A stretch of 39,245 nt of DNA, taken from IMG/VR virus record IMGVR_UViG_3300045988_032692, one strand, 5' to 3'. Positions within the stretch are counted from its first letter, which is position 1; every line of letters starts with the position of its first letter. The notes below the pieces were generated by a model. That model was not told where the DNA came from and did not search any database. It saw only the letters and a program-made list of their open reading frames with translations. The DNA comes from a virus. Of this stretch, positions 1 to 6,429 are shown in pieces. A program made the translations under genes and the position numbers.

Positions 1-54
1 AGGGAGTAGTCGTCTAAAAAGCGAGCGAGAGTTCGAATCTCTCCTTCCGCGCCA
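1..54 (+). tRNA. 3' portion of a tRNA gene (class II, most like tRNA-Ser); the 5' half lies outside the window
   Basis: T arm GAGAG-TTCGAAT-CTCTC (27..43), acceptor 3' strand CTTCCGC (44..50), discriminator G, encoded CCA (52..54). About 20 nt of variable-arm-like sequence (TCGT/GCGA stem) lies upstream. The layout resembles Bacillus tRNA-Ser 3' halves as I recall them. The anticodon is not in the window. Confidence 0.6.
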
Positions 55-55
55 A
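1..55 (+). repeat. att core, left copy (55-bp direct repeat identical to 39191..39245)
   Basis: AGGGAGTAGTCGTCTAAAAAGCGAGCGAGAGTTCGAATCTCTCCTTCCGCGCCAA occurs at 1..55 and 39191..39245 with 0 mismatches. The identity could extend beyond the window edges. Confidence 0.9.
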
Positions 56-98
56 AGTACCCGAAAATAGCGTCTTTTCGCTGTTTTCGGGTACTTTC
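56..98. terminator. Bidirectional rho-independent terminator directly after the att core
   Basis: 16-bp stem GTACCCGAAAATAGCG (57..72) / CGCTGTTTTCGGGTAC (79..94) with one G-U pair. T-run on + strand (95..97), and TTTGG follows on the minus-strand read. It would terminate both the regenerated tRNA and the minus-strand late/cargo operon. Confidence 0.75.
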
Positions 99-209
99 TC
101 TATTTATTTGTTCGGGATGGCGCTAAATGTCGAAATATGAAAAATACATCTACGGACAGCCAAAAACTAAAAAATTGCAGTCTATAAGTTACTTTGTAAG
201 TAACACATT

Positions 210-536
210 TCAGACGTTCCGCACCCTCCGAAGCACTGAATCGTATGCACGGTGGTTGACAAGCGACAGGGTTTCCATAAGCTCATCAATGATCGGCCAG
301 ATTTGCGCCGGGTCTTTTCCTGCAATACTTCGCAAAAAATCGCTATCCCCATACTCGTTGATCGTTTCGGATGCGGGCGGCGCGGCGGAGTATCGGCGTT
401 CAACCGGCGGCTCCGCCTTGTGCCCCATGCGGTCTTGAATGGTGTAAAGATTTGCGAGTTTGGCATAGTTTGGATAACTGGATTCTTCATATTCCAGTCG
501 CGCAATTTCCTTGCGGATTTCAAGCGCATCCAGCAT
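210..536 (-). CDS. Hypothetical protein (108 aa), last gene of post-lysis cargo operon
   Basis: ORF track. RBS AAGGGGGG upstream of the ATG at 536. A 7-bp hairpin (188..204) follows the stop. No family recognised. Confidence 0.6.
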   Translation of the reverse strand: MLDALEIRKEIARLEYEESSYPNYAKLANLYTIQDRMGHKAEPPVERRYSAAPPASETINEYGDSDFLRSIAGKDPAQIWPIIDELMETLSLVNHRAYDSVLRRVRNV

Positions 537-549
537 GGGAGCGCCCCCC

Positions 550-927
550 TTATGCCCGGTCGATCTGCTCCATGCAGTGACGGATAGCGTCGCGGGTTGC
601 GTCGCTGTCCGCGTCGCGCATCATGTCCTCGAGCTGCTCACGCATCCGCTCGCGGGCGTCGGCACGACTATAACGCCCCAGAGAATCCCGGCGGCGTCCA
701 CGGTAGGAGCTTCCGCGATTATACGTCCCTCGGATGTTTGCATCCCAATCGGCGTCCCGGCTATAACCGGATTCGTCGAGCATTTCAATTTTGTCGATGT
801 TTTTGATCGTGTCGGTCAGCTTGTGGACGATCTCAAGATCGCCAGCGCCAAGCTCCGGCTTCCTTGCGATTTCCTCCAGCTCGTCACAGAGCGTCGCCCG
901 CAAGTCCTCCATTGCTCTCTTACTCAT
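550..927 (-). CDS. Hypothetical highly charged (Arg/Asp/Glu/Ser-rich) protein, about 125 aa
   Basis: ORF 550..957. Start moved to the Met at 927 because AAAGGAG lies 7 nt upstream. Helical N-terminus, RGRRRDSLGRYSR low-complexity centre. Confidence 0.6.
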   Translation of the reverse strand: MSKRAMEDLRATLCDELEEIARKPELGAGDLEIVHKLTDTIKNIDKIEMLDESGYSRDADWDANIRGTYNRGSSYRGRRRDSLGRYSRADARERMREQLEDMMRDADSDATRDAIRHCMEQIDRA

Positions 928-940
928 GTTCATGCTCCTT

Positions 941-1363
941 TCACGCCACGCGCTCAACGATCATGTTGCTGTTTGCAAAATTGATCGCCTGCGTGCTGGT
1001 ATTTTCTGCGGCAACCGTAAGGCAGCAGCCGCGCGGCACTTCTACAAATGCCGAGACGAAGATGTTGAAATAGTTCTCCACCGCCGCAGGCGTGACAATC
1101 GCTGTCGCGCTGGTGAGCGGTTCACCGTTGATCGCCAGCGCTGCGGAGATCGCTTCCACGGTGCCTCCGGTCGGAATGGCAATGTTCGCGCCAAAGGCCA
1201 CGCGGAACCGCGCCTTGCACTGGTTCGTAAGGCCGCGAAGCGTTACGATGCCCGCTCCGGCGCGATGCACGATACACCCACCTCTCGCGGCGGGCGTTTC
1301 CGTCAACGGCACATTCTGGCCTGCCGCTACGGTCACGATGTTGGAATTGGTATATTCGGCCAT
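941..1363 (-). CDS. Stand-alone BclA C-terminal-domain-like (C1q/TNF jelly-roll-like) protein, 140 aa, no collagen repeats
   Basis: Size, beta-rich pattern and C-terminal ...SNMIVERVA resemble the Bacillus BclA C-terminal domain ending ...IIIEKVA (from memory). RBS AGAGAGGG. Preceded by a hairpin terminator. Confidence 0.5.
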   Translation of the reverse strand: MAEYTNSNIVTVAAGQNVPLTETPAARGGCIVHRAGAGIVTLRGLTNQCKARFRVAFGANIAIPTGGTVEAISAALAINGEPLTSATAIVTPAAVENYFNIFVSAFVEVPRGCCLTVAAENTSTQAINFANSNMIVERVA

Positions 1364-1390
1364 AAAATCAACCCTCTCTTTGATAGATAT

Positions 1391-1419
1391 AAAATGCGGC
1401 GGAGCGATTGCCCCGCCGC
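1391..1419 (-). terminator. Intrinsic terminator/attenuator inside the cargo operon
   Basis: Stem GCGGCGGAGC (1396..1405) / GCCCCGCCGC (1410..1419) with loop GATT. On the minus strand it is followed by ATTTT (1391..1395). Confidence 0.55.
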
Positions 1420-1487
1420 TTCTGTGAGTATCGACACGGAGCCGATCATTTTCGTGAGGTCACGAAAAAGCTCAATTTGTGGATTTG

Positions 1488-2249
1488 TTAGGCGCAGGCA
1501 CCGCAGACATACTGCGAACCATTACACCCGGCGAACTGATACGGTGCGGGAACCGCAAACGACGGAACCGGACGCGGGTTGTAATAGGCGAACTGGCCGC
1601 TCATGTATGCCTTGAGTGCTTCACTCTGCGCAGACTGAGACGCCGCCAGCCGCAACCCCTGATTCTCGTTTTCGAGATCGCGCATCTTGCTCTGCGTCAG
1701 GAAGTCAAGAATGGCTCGGCTGTTGCTGTTCTGGTTGTCGATGATGTCCCGCGTGGCGTTCTGGACGGTGTTGCGCGTGTCGCACGCCTGCGAAGCCATG
1801 TCGTACCGCACCTGTGCGATTGCTTCCCGGTTCTCGCAGCAGCAGTTCTGAGACTGCATCTGCATCTGGAAAAGCTGCTGCATCAGCGCGGCTTGCTGGT
1901 TCGCGCGGGATAGCTCCGCCGTCTGGAATCCGCTGTTGACCGCCTGCGTGACGCCCGCAAATCCGTTCAGGACGCTGGTGTTCATCCCATAGAAGCCGTC
2001 GCACAGGCCGTTGTTGACGCCGTCAAGCTTGCGCTCAATATTGGCGAAATCGGATGCAAGGATGTATCCATCCGTCGCACCGCCGCCATTGTTGTTGCCC
2101 CAGCCATTGCCGCCCCAGCCGCAGAAGATCGCGAGGAACAGGATGATAAACCACCATCCGCCATCGCCGCCGAAGCCGCCCCAGCCGTTGCCGCCCATGC
2201 CAGTAGGTGCTACCGGCATAGTCATAGTCGTACCATCGGTAAGGCTCAT
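1488..2249 (-). CDS. Gly/Trp-rich membrane protein with Gln-rich coiled region, CCC motif and Cys-rich C-terminus (253 aa)
   Basis: ORF track; RBS CAAGGAG. N-terminus GMGGNGWGGFGGDGGWW, then TM segment FIILFLAIFCGW, then GGNGWGNNNGGG. Motif QNCCCENREAIAQVRYDMASQACDTRN. C-terminus CNGSQYVCGACA. Confidence 0.7.
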   Translation of the reverse strand: MSLTDGTTMTMPVAPTGMGGNGWGGFGGDGGWWFIILFLAIFCGWGGNGWGNNNGGGATDGYILASDFANIERKLDGVNNGLCDGFYGMNTSVLNGFAGVTQAVNSGFQTAELSRANQQAALMQQLFQMQMQSQNCCCENREAIAQVRYDMASQACDTRNTVQNATRDIIDNQNSNSRAILDFLTQSKMRDLENENQGLRLAASQSAQSEALKAYMSGQFAYYNPRPVPSFAVPAPYQFAGCNGSQYVCGACA

Positions 2250-2300
2250 TTTGTCGTACTCCTTGAAGAAAATATATTATCAACCGTGGCCACGGATTGA

Positions 2301-2528
2301 TTATTGCAAAAGACCCTGAAACTGCCGCGCAACGGCCTGAAGCTGGTTTAACTGCTGCTGCGTGAGCTTGCCGGATTGCATCATTTTTTCAACCTCGGCT
2401 TTCGGGTCGCCATTAAAGTTCGCCTTGAATTGCTGGAATTGCTGCATCATTCTCTGAAACTGCCCCATCTGGCCGGGCATTTGCGGCGCTCTGCCGCCGC
2501 CAAGCGCGTTAAACAGTGGATTCGGCAT
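2301..2528 (-). CDS. Gln-rich small protein (75 aa)
   Basis: ORF track; strong RBS AAGGAGGAA. 20-nt overlap with the upstream ORF. Confidence 0.6.
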   Translation of the reverse strand: MPNPLFNALGGGRAPQMPGQMGQFQRMMQQFQQFKANFNGDPKAEVEKMMQSGKLTQQQLNQLQAVARQFQGLLQ

Positions 2529-2967
2529 TGTGGTGTTCCTCCTTCTTGTTCTCCGCGCCAGCCGCCGCCAGCGCGTTCACACGCGCTTCCATCGCTTCAA
2601 ACTCCCTTCGGGTGACAAATTCCCCGCTGGCCGGGATGATCGGCTGTGCGGGCGTCCTCGCGCCCGTGCGCTCCGTGTAATCCAGAACCCGCATGGACGG
2701 AACGCCGGATGCGTCCACGCTCTTGATATAAATGCACGGGTTCTCGCTATCCCACAGAGGAACCGTGTTCCCCGCCGCGACGAGGTAGCTCTTTGCGCCC
2801 GCGTCACCCTGTACCCAAATCATGCTCTGGGCAGGCTGCGGCATTTGCGCCATAGGCTGGGGCGGCTGCTGCGGTTGATACTGTTGGCGAAGCTGCATGA
2901 GCTGGTCTTGCATCGGCGGCTGATAAAATGGTTGGTAGCTCATCGGCGGTTGGTACTGTCCATACAT
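2509..2967 (-). CDS. Protein with Gln/Pro-rich N-terminal low-complexity region, small beta domain and helical tail (144-152 aa)
   Basis: ORF track. An alternative start at 2943 forms an ATGA overlap with the upstream stop. Core motif IWVQGDAGAKSYLVAAGNTVPLWDSENPCIYIKSVDASG. Confidence 0.65.
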   Translation of the reverse strand: MYGQYQPPMSYQPFYQPPMQDQLMQLRQQYQPQQPPQPMAQMPQPAQSMIWVQGDAGAKSYLVAAGNTVPLWDSENPCIYIKSVDASGVPSMRVLDYTERTGARTPAQPIIPASGEFVTRREFEAMEARVNALAAAGAENKKEEHHNAESTV

Positions 2968-3359
2968 TCAGATTCGTTCCTTTCCCAAAAATAAAGCGGT
3001 GTTTGGCTCCCAGAGTTCCATGTGTCAAACCAATCTCCATCCCTGACGCAGACCACATGGGTTGCAAGCGCAAGAATGTATGTACCGATTGGATGGTCAC
3101 GCGCGAACTCCGCAACTGTGTATGTGTCCGGGTTGGAGCTTGGTACGCCATGCCGGACATAGCCAAGCTGGTTCAGGTACGCTCCCCAAACAGCGTTTGC
3201 GGAGGGCATATCGCCAACCTCAAACCCATGAAGCGCAAGCGCAACATATACCTCATCCCACGATTTCCCGGTCGCCTTGCAGATCGCCCGAACAGGGCAA
3301 TCCCCAACCTGACGCCGCGCGGGATTTGGATTGTAAAAAGAAAAACCCATACCGGACAC
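2940..3359 (-). CDS. Putative papain-like (Cys-His-Asp) peptidase-fold protein, 139 aa
   Basis: N-terminal GDCPVRAI (candidate nucleophile Cys), C-terminal ATHVVCVRDGDWFDTWN (candidate His and Asp). No signal peptide. The fold call is inference. Confidence 0.45.
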   Translation of the reverse strand: MSGMGFSFYNPNPARRQVGDCPVRAICKATGKSWDEVYVALALHGFEVGDMPSANAVWGAYLNQLGYVRHGVPSSNPDTYTVAEFARDHPIGTYILALATHVVCVRDGDWFDTWNSGSQTPLYFWERNESECMDSTNRR

Positions 3360-3435
3360 CTCTCAACGTGTCCAGTATGGGTTATTTTTCGGGTTTATGT
3401 GCCGCGCTTGTGCATCATTTTCGCCCGTTTCGAGT

Positions 3436-3684
3436 TTAACTATATAGTCGGCTAGATGTCTTTCGCATTCGGTCGAGAATTCCGGGGAGCCGCCGCTGCA
3501 CGGTGGCTCGCCCGAGATACAACTCCGATGCAACATCAATCTGCGGGCGCTTATCGACGTAATAGAGCTTTGCAATTCGCTCATTTTCCTGCCCGAGGTT
3601 TGCTTGGGAAATAACGTTCTCCATTTCTCCACGCATCAGGCCGGATAATTCAGGCGGTAGATTATACCGCGCTTGTGGAGACAT
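3436..3684 (-). CDS. Small sigma-70 region-4-like / ArpU-RinA-like HTH protein (82 aa)
   Basis: ENERIAKLYYVDKRPQIDVASELYLGRATVQRRL fits the region-4 HTH pattern. The start is 4 nt after the endolysin stop. Confidence 0.55.
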   Translation of the reverse strand: MSPQARYNLPPELSGLMRGEMENVISQANLGQENERIAKLYYVDKRPQIDVASELYLGRATVQRRLPGILDRMRKTSSRLYS

Positions 3685-3688
3685 AGGA

Positions 3689-4369
3689 TCACCCCTTCTT
3701 GCTCAAAATGGGAATGTTTCCCTTGTTCGACACTTCGAGATCCAGCGCCTTTGCAATATCGCGAATTTTAATATAATTCGTGCCGTCCTTCAAAATGCGT
3801 TCGACCTCGATCTCCTTGCCGTCTATGATCATCTTCGATTTCGTGATCACCTCATCCACCTCCTCCAAGAGCTTCTTGAATGCTTCCCACTTCGTTTCGT
3901 CAATCAGCGGAAGCGGACACAGCTTCATCGAAATGTCATAGTGCCGGATTGCGGCCTGCACGTTCGGCAGCTGCTTCAGCAACATCTGATAGAGCCGCGC
4001 AGCGTTGCGCATCGTTGCCTCCGGGATGTAATACTTGCCGGAAGCGTCTGTGTGGCTCACCATCTCGATAGATACCGTGTTGTAGTTGTTGTACACCTTG
4101 CCGAATTTGCCGCTCCTGCCGTCGCCCACGGCCCACGCAACCGCATCCAGCGGCACACACTGGTAAACGGTATCGCCCTCGTCTACCACGAAATGTGCCG
4201 AAGCAGCGCGTCCCTCGCTGCCGTTGGCAAAGTATCGGGCATTGCCAAGCGCTGTTGCGTGCAGGCCGGTGTTCGCCGTGTAGTGAAACACGATTGCCTG
4301 GATAGCCGAGAGCGGACGCCGCCCGCCCACTCTCGTTGCCCGGATGGTATCGTTAATTTTCAGTGCCAT
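3689..4369 (-). CDS. Endolysin: N-acetylmuramoyl-L-alanine amidase (Amidase_2/PGRP) with C-terminal wall-binding-type domain
   Basis: Motifs IVFHYTAN, SAHFVVD, AWAVGDG, NTVSIEM. C-terminal IDGKEIEVERILKDGTNYIKIRDIAKAL resembles copper-amine-oxidase-N-like repeats. ATG at 4369 preferred over the GTG at 4378. Confidence 0.9.
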   Translation of the reverse strand: MALKINDTIRATRVGGRRPLSAIQAIVFHYTANTGLHATALGNARYFANGSEGRAASAHFVVDEGDTVYQCVPLDAVAWAVGDGRSGKFGKVYNNYNTVSIEMVSHTDASGKYYIPEATMRNAARLYQMLLKQLPNVQAAIRHYDISMKLCPLPLIDETKWEAFKKLLEEVDEVITKSKMIIDGKEIEVERILKDGTNYIKIRDIAKALDLEVSNKGNIPILSKKG

Positions 4370-4577
4370 CGCCGTCACCCTTCGCGTCCATCGCGTCCTG
4401 TGCCTTCTGCGACTGCGTGCCGAAATAGAACGTGATGACCATCAGGAAGATCGTCAAGAAGTCTTTCCCTGTGATATCACCCCGCAGCGCCAGCACCGTG
4501 AACACCACCGTCAGCAGCAGCGTCACCAGCGACTTCACGCTCAGCAGATTCGACAGCCGTTTCATAATTTTGTCCAT
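4353..4577 (-). CDS. Holin (74 aa, two TM segments, charged C-terminus)
   Basis: Start at the Met at 4577 with RBS GGGAG. TM segments SLVTLLLTVVFTVLAL and FLTIFLMVITFYF. Sits immediately upstream of the endolysin. Confidence 0.75.
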   Translation of the reverse strand: MDKIMKRLSNLLSVKSLVTLLLTVVFTVLALRGDITGKDFLTIFLMVITFYFGTQSQKAQDAMDAKGDGDGTEN

Positions 4578-4578
4578 G

Positions 4579-4830
4579 TTATGTACTCCCTTCGTCGTCC
4601 GATTTTTTTGCAAATACTCTCTTCGCAAGGAGCATCAGCAGCTCCCCGCCAAACGCCGCTACGGCGAAGGTCAGGATGTCGGAAAGGTCTATGTCCCTGT
4701 CCATCACCAGTGCTGCGGTTTTGACCATCGCCGCCCAGAGCAGGACGCCAAACAGCACCCAGATGCAGAAATACACCAGCTGCCGTGCCATCTTCCCCTT
4801 CGTCAGGCGGCTTTTCCGGATGCGCCTCAT
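4579..4830 (-). CDS. Second holin-like membrane protein (83 aa, two TM)
   Basis: ATGA overlap with the XhlA-like stop. Basic N-terminus, two hydrophobic helices, acidic tail. Confidence 0.6.
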   Translation of the reverse strand: MRRIRKSRLTKGKMARQLVYFCIWVLFGVLLWAAMVKTAALVMDRDIDLSDILTFAVAAFGGELLMLLAKRVFAKKSDDEGST

Positions 4831-5123
4831 ACAATCCCCGCATGAGCCAGCGCAAAGCCGACCAGCGCCCCCACAATGGCTGTCACAGTCGCCTTGACTA
4901 GCGCTTCCCATTTCCCGCCCGGAATGGCCTTGAGGCTCTTCACGTCGTCCTTGATCTCGCTGATATTGGCCTCGATCGTCTCCTGCTTCGTCGCCAGCAC
5001 CTCTACCGAGGTCGCCAGCTGATGCAGGGCTTTGTTGTCTGCCTCCAAATCGTCAATGCGGTGCGTGTTGCTCTTGGATCGCTGGTCGATCTCCACGATC
5101 TTTGCCTGAATTCCATCATCCAT
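4827..5123 (-). CDS. xhlA: XhlA-family lysis-associated membrane protein
   Basis: N-terminal coiled coil (RIDDLEADNKALHQL...), then W-containing linker and a C-terminal TM. PBSX-like xhlA-holin-amidase order. Confidence 0.7.
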   Translation of the reverse strand: MDDGIQAKIVEIDQRSKSNTHRIDDLEADNKALHQLATSVEVLATKQETIEANISEIKDDVKSLKAIPGGKWEALVKATVTAIVGALVGFALAHAGIV

Positions 5124-5134
5124 ATTCTTTCTCC

Positions 5135-5383
5135 TTATTTCGGTTTTCCAACAACGTACTCAACAATGTAAGTTCCGGATACACGGCAGATTTTAACTCG
5201 ATCTCCCGCACTGAATGTAACGGAAGTGTTGCATTTATAGTGCTTTGCGGTTGCCTCTGTCTGCCCGTCAAAGATCAGCGACAGTCCATCGGTATACTTT
5301 GCGCCAACGGTCGCAAGCATAAATTCAGGTTGTGGCTTCTGCGCCGTTTCGTCTGTATCAAAAAAACTCGTCACGCCAATCAT
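5135..5383 (-). CDS. Small tail-module protein (82 aa), function unknown
   Basis: Start at 5383 gives an ATGA overlap with the upstream tail-protein stop. It is the last structural ORF before the lysis genes. Confidence 0.55.
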   Translation of the reverse strand: MIGVTSFFDTDETAQKPQPEFMLATVGAKYTDGLSLIFDGQTEATAKHYKCNTSVTFSAGDRVKICRVSGTYIVEYVVGKPK

Positions 5384-6429
5384 GCAATCACCGCCCTCTT
5401 TGCCGTATGCTTCATCATGCTGCCTTCTTTCAGCTCGATGTACCATCCGGTTTCTTCATAGATTCCGCCGAAGGTCGGATGATCGATTGCAATAACATCC
5501 CCGATACCGTGACCCGGCTCCGCCAACGACTGAAACGTGATCGTCTTCGTGCCGAGCATGGATTGATTGCGGATGTTTTCGACATACGCCTGCAACGCAG
5601 ATTGACTGGCGATATTATCAACCTTTACAACCTTTGTGATCTTCTGGCCACGCTTGAACGTGGAAATAGGACTCGATGGATTATCATTCTCTGCTCTGGC
5701 GACCATAGGCGCGTCTAAATCCGGGTTTGAGCAAATTGCAACAAACACATTCGGTGCATCAAAAAAGTCGTTCTCTTGGCTCGCTGACAGACCGACAGGA
5801 GCGCGAAAACGAATATCTGTCGTGCTGTACTGGTGATCAATATTCGACGCGCTCGGCGTCTCATGCGGCGTCAGACGCGCCACACCGTTTGCATCAAACC
5901 AAAGGGGATCATAATTGATCTCATCAAGCAGAGCGTTACAGATTGTAAGATAGTCGGTTCCAATTTGCCAGTCTTCCCGGTCGGTTTGTAGCGTCGCTTC
6001 AGATGGTGTCGCAATCACAAGAGAAATCCCAGCCTCCGTCAGCATTTGCCGGACGATAGTTATGTACGACGAGCCAGCGGAAAAATGCTTGATGCTTTCC
6101 GTTTTGATCGTGGACAATTTCCAGCTCCGATCGTATGCTTCAATCGCCACCCAGCGCCCGTCTTCCTCGGTCGTTTCCTTGTACGTCGTGATGCGGAAAA
6201 TTCCCAATGAGTTTTCCACGCCATTGATGGAAATTGTGGGTTGCAGCTCATCAGATAGATAGTTGATATTTGGATCGTAAAGAAATGTCCCCGCAAAACT
6301 CGATTTAATTTTTGCGTTTTTATCCGTATATACATTTGGAGCAGAATCGCGTTTCCAGCGGAGGGACGCATAATGCGCCCCATTCCGCAAAACATTTACA
6401 GAGAAGAAAATGTCACGAATCAATGTCAA
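5380..6429 (-). CDS. Tail-associated protein in the Tal/baseplate-hub position (349 aa)
   Basis: Second gene after the tape measure. Size and beta-rich pattern match prophage-tail/hub N-terminal modules. No fibre or enzymatic extension. Confidence 0.65.
   Translation of the reverse strand: MTLIRDIFFSVNVLRNGAHYASLRWKRDSAPNVYTDKNAKIKSSFAGTFLYDPNINYLSDELQPTISINGVENSLGIFRITTYKETTEEDGRWVAIEAYDRSWKLSTIKTESIKHFSAGSSYITIVRQMLTEAGISLVIATPSEATLQTDREDWQIGTDYLTICNALLDEINYDPLWFDANGVARLTPHETPSASNIDHQYSTTDIRFRAPVGLSASQENDFFDAPNVFVAICSNPDLDAPMVARAENDNPSSPISTFKRGQKITKVVKVDNIASQSALQAYVENIRNQSMLGTKTITFQSLAEPGHGIGDVIAIDHPTFGGIYEETGWYIELKEGSMMKHTAKRAVIA

Noticed and set aside
1-55. The att target being tmRNA (ssrA) or tRNA-Sec (selC-like) rather than an ordinary tRNA.
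   Set aside because: tmRNA ends with a GGGG/CCCC acceptor and discriminator A, whereas here the acceptor is CTTCCGC plus G. tRNA-Sec needs an 8-bp acceptor stem, whereas here 7 nt lie between the T stem and the discriminator. The layout best matches class II tRNA-Ser, but identity cannot be proven without the anticodon.
210-3684. The cargo region being a separate integrated satellite or second mobile element.
   Set aside because: It has no integrase, replication gene or extra repeat boundaries. The genes are co-oriented and contiguous with the lysis cassette (4-nt gap), and the region ends at the att-proximal terminator, so it is part of the prophage.
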